From the NCBI GenBank assembly GCA_964514965.1, contig CAZETV010000002.1, positions 188,545-220,544 on the forward strand: a DNA stretch of 32,000 nt, in the 5' to 3' direction. Both the position numbers and the translations under genes were made by a program. Source of the DNA: Candidatus Hadarchaeota archaeon. Lineage in GTDB: Archaea; Hadarchaeota; Hadarchaeia; Hadarchaeales; Hadarchaeaceae. The notes beneath the pieces were generated by a model. It was not told the origin of the DNA. It worked only from the letters and a program-made list of their open reading frames with translations, and searched no databases. Below, in pieces: positions 29,304-32,000 of the stretch; the stretch's first letter is position 1, and each line of letters starts with the position of its first letter.

Positions 29304-30824
29304 ATGCCTATCACTTTCATTCCACCCGAATTCATTATCGAAAGAGACGATGAAAAATGTATCACTTGCCAAGTTTGTTGTAGGCAGTGTGCAAACGATG
29401 CTCATACCTACGATGCTGAAGACGACAAAGTTTACACCGATAATTCTAAATGTGTGGGATGCCATCGCTGCGTGACACTTTGCCCAACCGGTGCACTAAA
29501 TGTCATACGCAATCCTCTGCACTTTAAAGATAATCCCAACTGGACGCCTCGTGCGATAAAAGACATCTATAAGCAGGCCGAGTCTGGCGGGGTGCTGTTG
29601 ACTGGGATGGGCTGTGACCGACCCTACTTTGATTACTTTAGCCATATTGTACTCAACGCGTCACAAGTGACTAACCCATCAATCGACCCCCTCCGGGAGC
29701 CGATGGAACTACGTACCTACATCGGGAAAAAACCAGACAAAGTCGAAATAGAGGGTACTAGCGAGAGGGCCCGACTAAAGACCAAGATACTCCCGCAGCT
29801 GGAGTTGAGTACTCCAATCCTCTTCTCGGCGATGTCGTTCGGCTCGATAAGTTACAATGCTCATTTGTCTTTGGCTAAGGCAGCCCAAGAGTTCGGGATT
29901 TTTTATAACACTGGAGAGGGCGGATTACACCCGGACCTGTACAAATACGGTAAACACACGATAGTCCAAGTCGCCTCGGGTCGGTTCGGTGTACATCGGG
30001 ACTACTTGGAGGTAGCTGCCGCGATAGAGATAAAAATCGGCCAGGGTGCAAAACCGGGAATAGGCGGACATCTCCCGGGAGAGAAAGTAAGCGAACAAAT
30101 AAGTCGAACCAGGATGATTCCAGAAGGAACGGATGCCCTTTCCCCAGCCCCGCATCACGACATTTATTCGATAGAGGACCTGCGACAACTCATTTATGCG
30201 TTAAAAGAGGCAACGAGCTACACGAAACCAGTGGGGGTAAAGATTGCCGCCGTGCATAACGTGGCCCCCATCGCGAGCGGCATAGTTCGTGCGGGTGCTG
30301 ATTTTGTAGCCATTGACGGGATTCGTGGTGGCACTGGTGCCGCCCCTACAGTAATCCGAGACAACGTGGGGATACCGATAGAACTCGCTGCTGCTGTAGT
30401 TGACAGCCGTCTTAGGGAGGAGGGGATTAGACATCGAGCTTCGCTTATAGTTGGTGGCGGTATAAGATCCAGCGCGGATGTCGTAAAGGCTATTGCGTTA
30501 GGCGCAGATGCTGTCTATATCGGGACCGCCTCATTGGTAGCAATGGGTTGCCGCGTTTGCCAAAAATGTTATACTGGAAAATGCAACTGGGGTATCGCTA
30601 CTCAAGACCCCTATTTGACCAAAAGATTGAATCCTGAGATTGGCGCCCGAAGATTGCTAAACTTACTCCGTGCGTGGTCATTGGAAATCAAGGATATGCT
30701 CGGCGGCATGGGCATCAACGCAATTGAAAGCCTGCGGGGGAATAGAGATCAATTAAGAGGCGTTGGACTTACGGATGTGGATTTGAAAATGCTGGGGATA
30801 AAGCCAGCTGGAGAGGCGTGGTAA
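29304..30824 (+). CDS. Glutamate synthase FMN-binding subunit with an N-terminal 2x[4Fe-4S] ferredoxin domain
   Basis: 506 aa. CITCQVCCRQC and CVGCHRCVTLCP, followed by the GltS central-domain signatures NTGEGGLHP and IKIGQGAKPGIGGHLPGEKV. Confidence 0.9.
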   Translation: MPITFIPPEFIIERDDEKCITCQVCCRQCANDAHTYDAEDDKVYTDNSKCVGCHRCVTLCPTGALNVIRNPLHFKDNPNWTPRAIKDIYKQAESGGVLLTGMGCDRPYFDYFSHIVLNASQVTNPSIDPLREPMELRTYIGKKPDKVEIEGTSERARLKTKILPQLELSTPILFSAMSFGSISYNAHLSLAKAAQEFGIFYNTGEGGLHPDLYKYGKHTIVQVASGRFGVHRDYLEVAAAIEIKIGQGAKPGIGGHLPGEKVSEQISRTRMIPEGTDALSPAPHHDIYSIEDLRQLIYALKEATSYTKPVGVKIAAVHNVAPIASGIVRAGADFVAIDGIRGGTGAAPTVIRDNVGIPIELAAAVVDSRLREEGIRHRASLIVGGGIRSSADVVKAIALGADAVYIGTASLVAMGCRVCQKCYTGKCNWGIATQDPYLTKRLNPEIGARRLLNLLRAWSLEIKDMLGGMGINAIESLRGNRDQLRGVGLTDVDLKMLGIKPAGEAW

Positions 30825-30836
30825 GCGGGGATAGAA

Positions 30837-31271
30837 ATGAAACGGATCTACATAAAAGAAGATGTTTGCATTGGATGCCGGCTTTGTGAGATTTATTGTC
30901 TGGTTCAACATTCGAAGTCAAAAAAGATAATCAAAGCCTACAAAGGGGAGTATCCCAAAGCCATCCCTAGGATTTTGGTGGAAGAGAAAGGGCACGTGTC
31001 CTTTGCCCTTCAATGCCGTCACTGTGAGGATGCCCCATGCATTGACGCTTGCATAACAGGAGCAATGTACCGGGATAAAAAGACGGGAGCCATCCTCTGT
31101 GACGAAAAGAAGTGCGTCGGCTGTTGGATGTGCATCATGGTATGCCCGTTCGGGGTTATAATGAGGGATGTGGAAGGCAAGAAAGTCGCCTCCAAATGCG
31201 ACTTGTGTTGCGGGGAGGAAATCCCTGTTTGCGTGGCGAATTGTCCTAATGAAGCGCTGGAATTCAGGTGA
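30837..31271 (+). CDS. 4Fe-4S dicluster (polyferredoxin-like) protein
   Basis: 144 aa with four Cys groups: CIGCRLCEIYC, CRHCEDAPCIDAC, CVGCWMCIMVCP and CDLCCGEEIPVCVANCP. Confidence 0.85.
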   Translation: MKRIYIKEDVCIGCRLCEIYCLVQHSKSKKIIKAYKGEYPKAIPRILVEEKGHVSFALQCRHCEDAPCIDACITGAMYRDKKTGAILCDEKKCVGCWMCIMVCPFGVIMRDVEGKKVASKCDLCCGEEIPVCVANCPNEALEFR

Positions 31272-31276
31272 AATGA

Positions 31277-32000
31277 ATGACCCACTACGTGATTATCGGA
31301 AACTCGGTAGCCTCCATAGCTGCGGTTGAGGCGATTCGCAATCAGGACAAAGATGGTGCAATAACCATCATCTCCGATGAACCTCACCACGCTTACTCGC
31401 GGCCGCTTATTTCGTACCTACTCGCTGGCAAGGTTTCAGAAGAATCGATGTTATATCGAGATAGAAACTTTTACAAAAAGAATAAGGTCGAGGTTCTCTT
31501 GGGCAAGAAAGCCATCGCCTTAAACCCGAAGAAGAAGTTGATTACTCTCGCTGACAAAAAGAAAATCCATTTCGACAAGCTATTGATTGCAACCGGGGGA
31601 ACTCCGATTCTCCCAAAAGTTAAAGGCAAAAATCTAGACGGTGTCTTCACTTTCACCAAATGGGACGATGCCAAGAAGATTAAGGAGTACATCAACAAAA
31701 ACAAGGTAAAAAAAGTAATCGTAGTAGGAGGCGGGCTAATAGGACTAAAAACTGTCGAAGGCTTGATTGGGCTTAAAGTAAAGGTGAGTATTGTCGAACT
31801 TGCCGACAGGATATTAAGTGCCACTTTCGATAAGAAAGCTTCCAATCTCATAAAGACTTGTTTGAATAAAATGGGTTGTAACGTAATCACCAAAAATACC
31901 GTGACTAAAATCAGGGGCAAAAAGAAAGTAACCAGCGTGATTTTAAAGGATGGATTGAAACTCGATTGCGGCATGGTCATCTTCGCTATCGGCGTTGCTC
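31277..32000 (+). CDS. FAD/NAD(P)-dependent pyridine nucleotide-disulfide-type oxidoreductase, N-terminal part (runs off the right edge; not in the ORF track)
   Basis: Hand translation from the ATG at 31277: MTHYVIIGNSVASIAAVEAIR (FAD GxGxxA) ... LLIATGGTP ... KVIVVGGGLIGLKTVE (NAD(P) GxGxxG). The frame is open to 32000. The ORF-track entry 31471..31980(-) is its antisense shadow. Confidence 0.85.
   Translation, partial: MTHYVIIGNSVASIAAVEAIRNQDKDGAITIISDEPHHAYSRPLISYLLAGKVSEESMLYRDRNFYKKNKVEVLLGKKAIALNPKKKLITLADKKKIHFDKLLIATGGTPILPKVKGKNLDGVFTFTKWDDAKKIKEYINKNKVKKVIVVGGGLIGLKTVEGLIGLKVKVSIVELADRILSATFDKKASNLIKTCLNKMGCNVITKNTVTKIRGKKKVTSVILKDGLKLDCGMVIFAIGVA

Noticed and set aside
31471-31980. 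169-aa minus-strand ORF, hydrophobic and Phe/Leu-rich
   Set aside because: It is the antisense shadow of the Lys-rich, AT-rich oxidoreductase CDS that starts at 31277 on the + strand and carries clear FAD and NAD(P) GxGxxG motifs.

Overview
Gene-dense archaeal chromosomal window. It looks euryarchaeal and methanogen-like: NrpR, form III RuBisCO, Sm protein, Cdc48 and an L18e-L13-S9-RpoN operon are present. A Methanothrix/Methanosarcinales-type host is a guess only. I saw no transposase, integrase or CRISPR array. Left to right: (i) the 5' part of a membrane-anchored beta-propeller gene built from near-identical 120-bp repeats (runs off the left edge), then tRNA-Pro(GGG). (ii) A form III RuBisCO gene followed 10 nt later by an HPr-kinase-like P-loop kinase, then an Sm-like protein and a coiled-coil protein. 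(iii) A gas-vesicle (gvp) locus of about 15 kb (about 4.2-19.2 kb) made of two convergent gene runs. The plus run has the haloarchaeal order gvpF-G-H-I-J-K-L-M. The minus run is gvpA, two GvpC-slot paralogs, gvpN, a 121-aa orphan, gvpO, cdc48 and a 101-aa gene. The locus is bracketed by two paralogous MEDS-like/PadR regulators plus RHH and wHTH proteins, and is followed by an operon of two Hsp20 genes and an unknown gene. (iv) The ribosomal protein/rpoN operon. (v) A lower-GC glutamine/nitrogen block: pyrG, purF, carA, nrpR, then divergently glnA and a split archaeal glutamate synthase with ferredoxin and an FAD oxidoreductase (runs off the right edge). The best candidates for new biology are the non-canonical parts of the gvp locus. 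These are an 11-bp palindrome TCGAAWTTCGA recurring in the locus promoters (3 perfect and 3 near-perfect copies), MEDS/PadR regulators where gvpD/E would sit, and a new duplicated ~45-aa module both fused to GvpF and free-standing next to an embedded Cdc48. Further ones are helical proteins ending in FWY in the GvpC slot, a zinc-ribbon GvpJ, and a 12-nt homopolymer in front of one regulator. All family calls come from reading the translations by eye; no database search was run.
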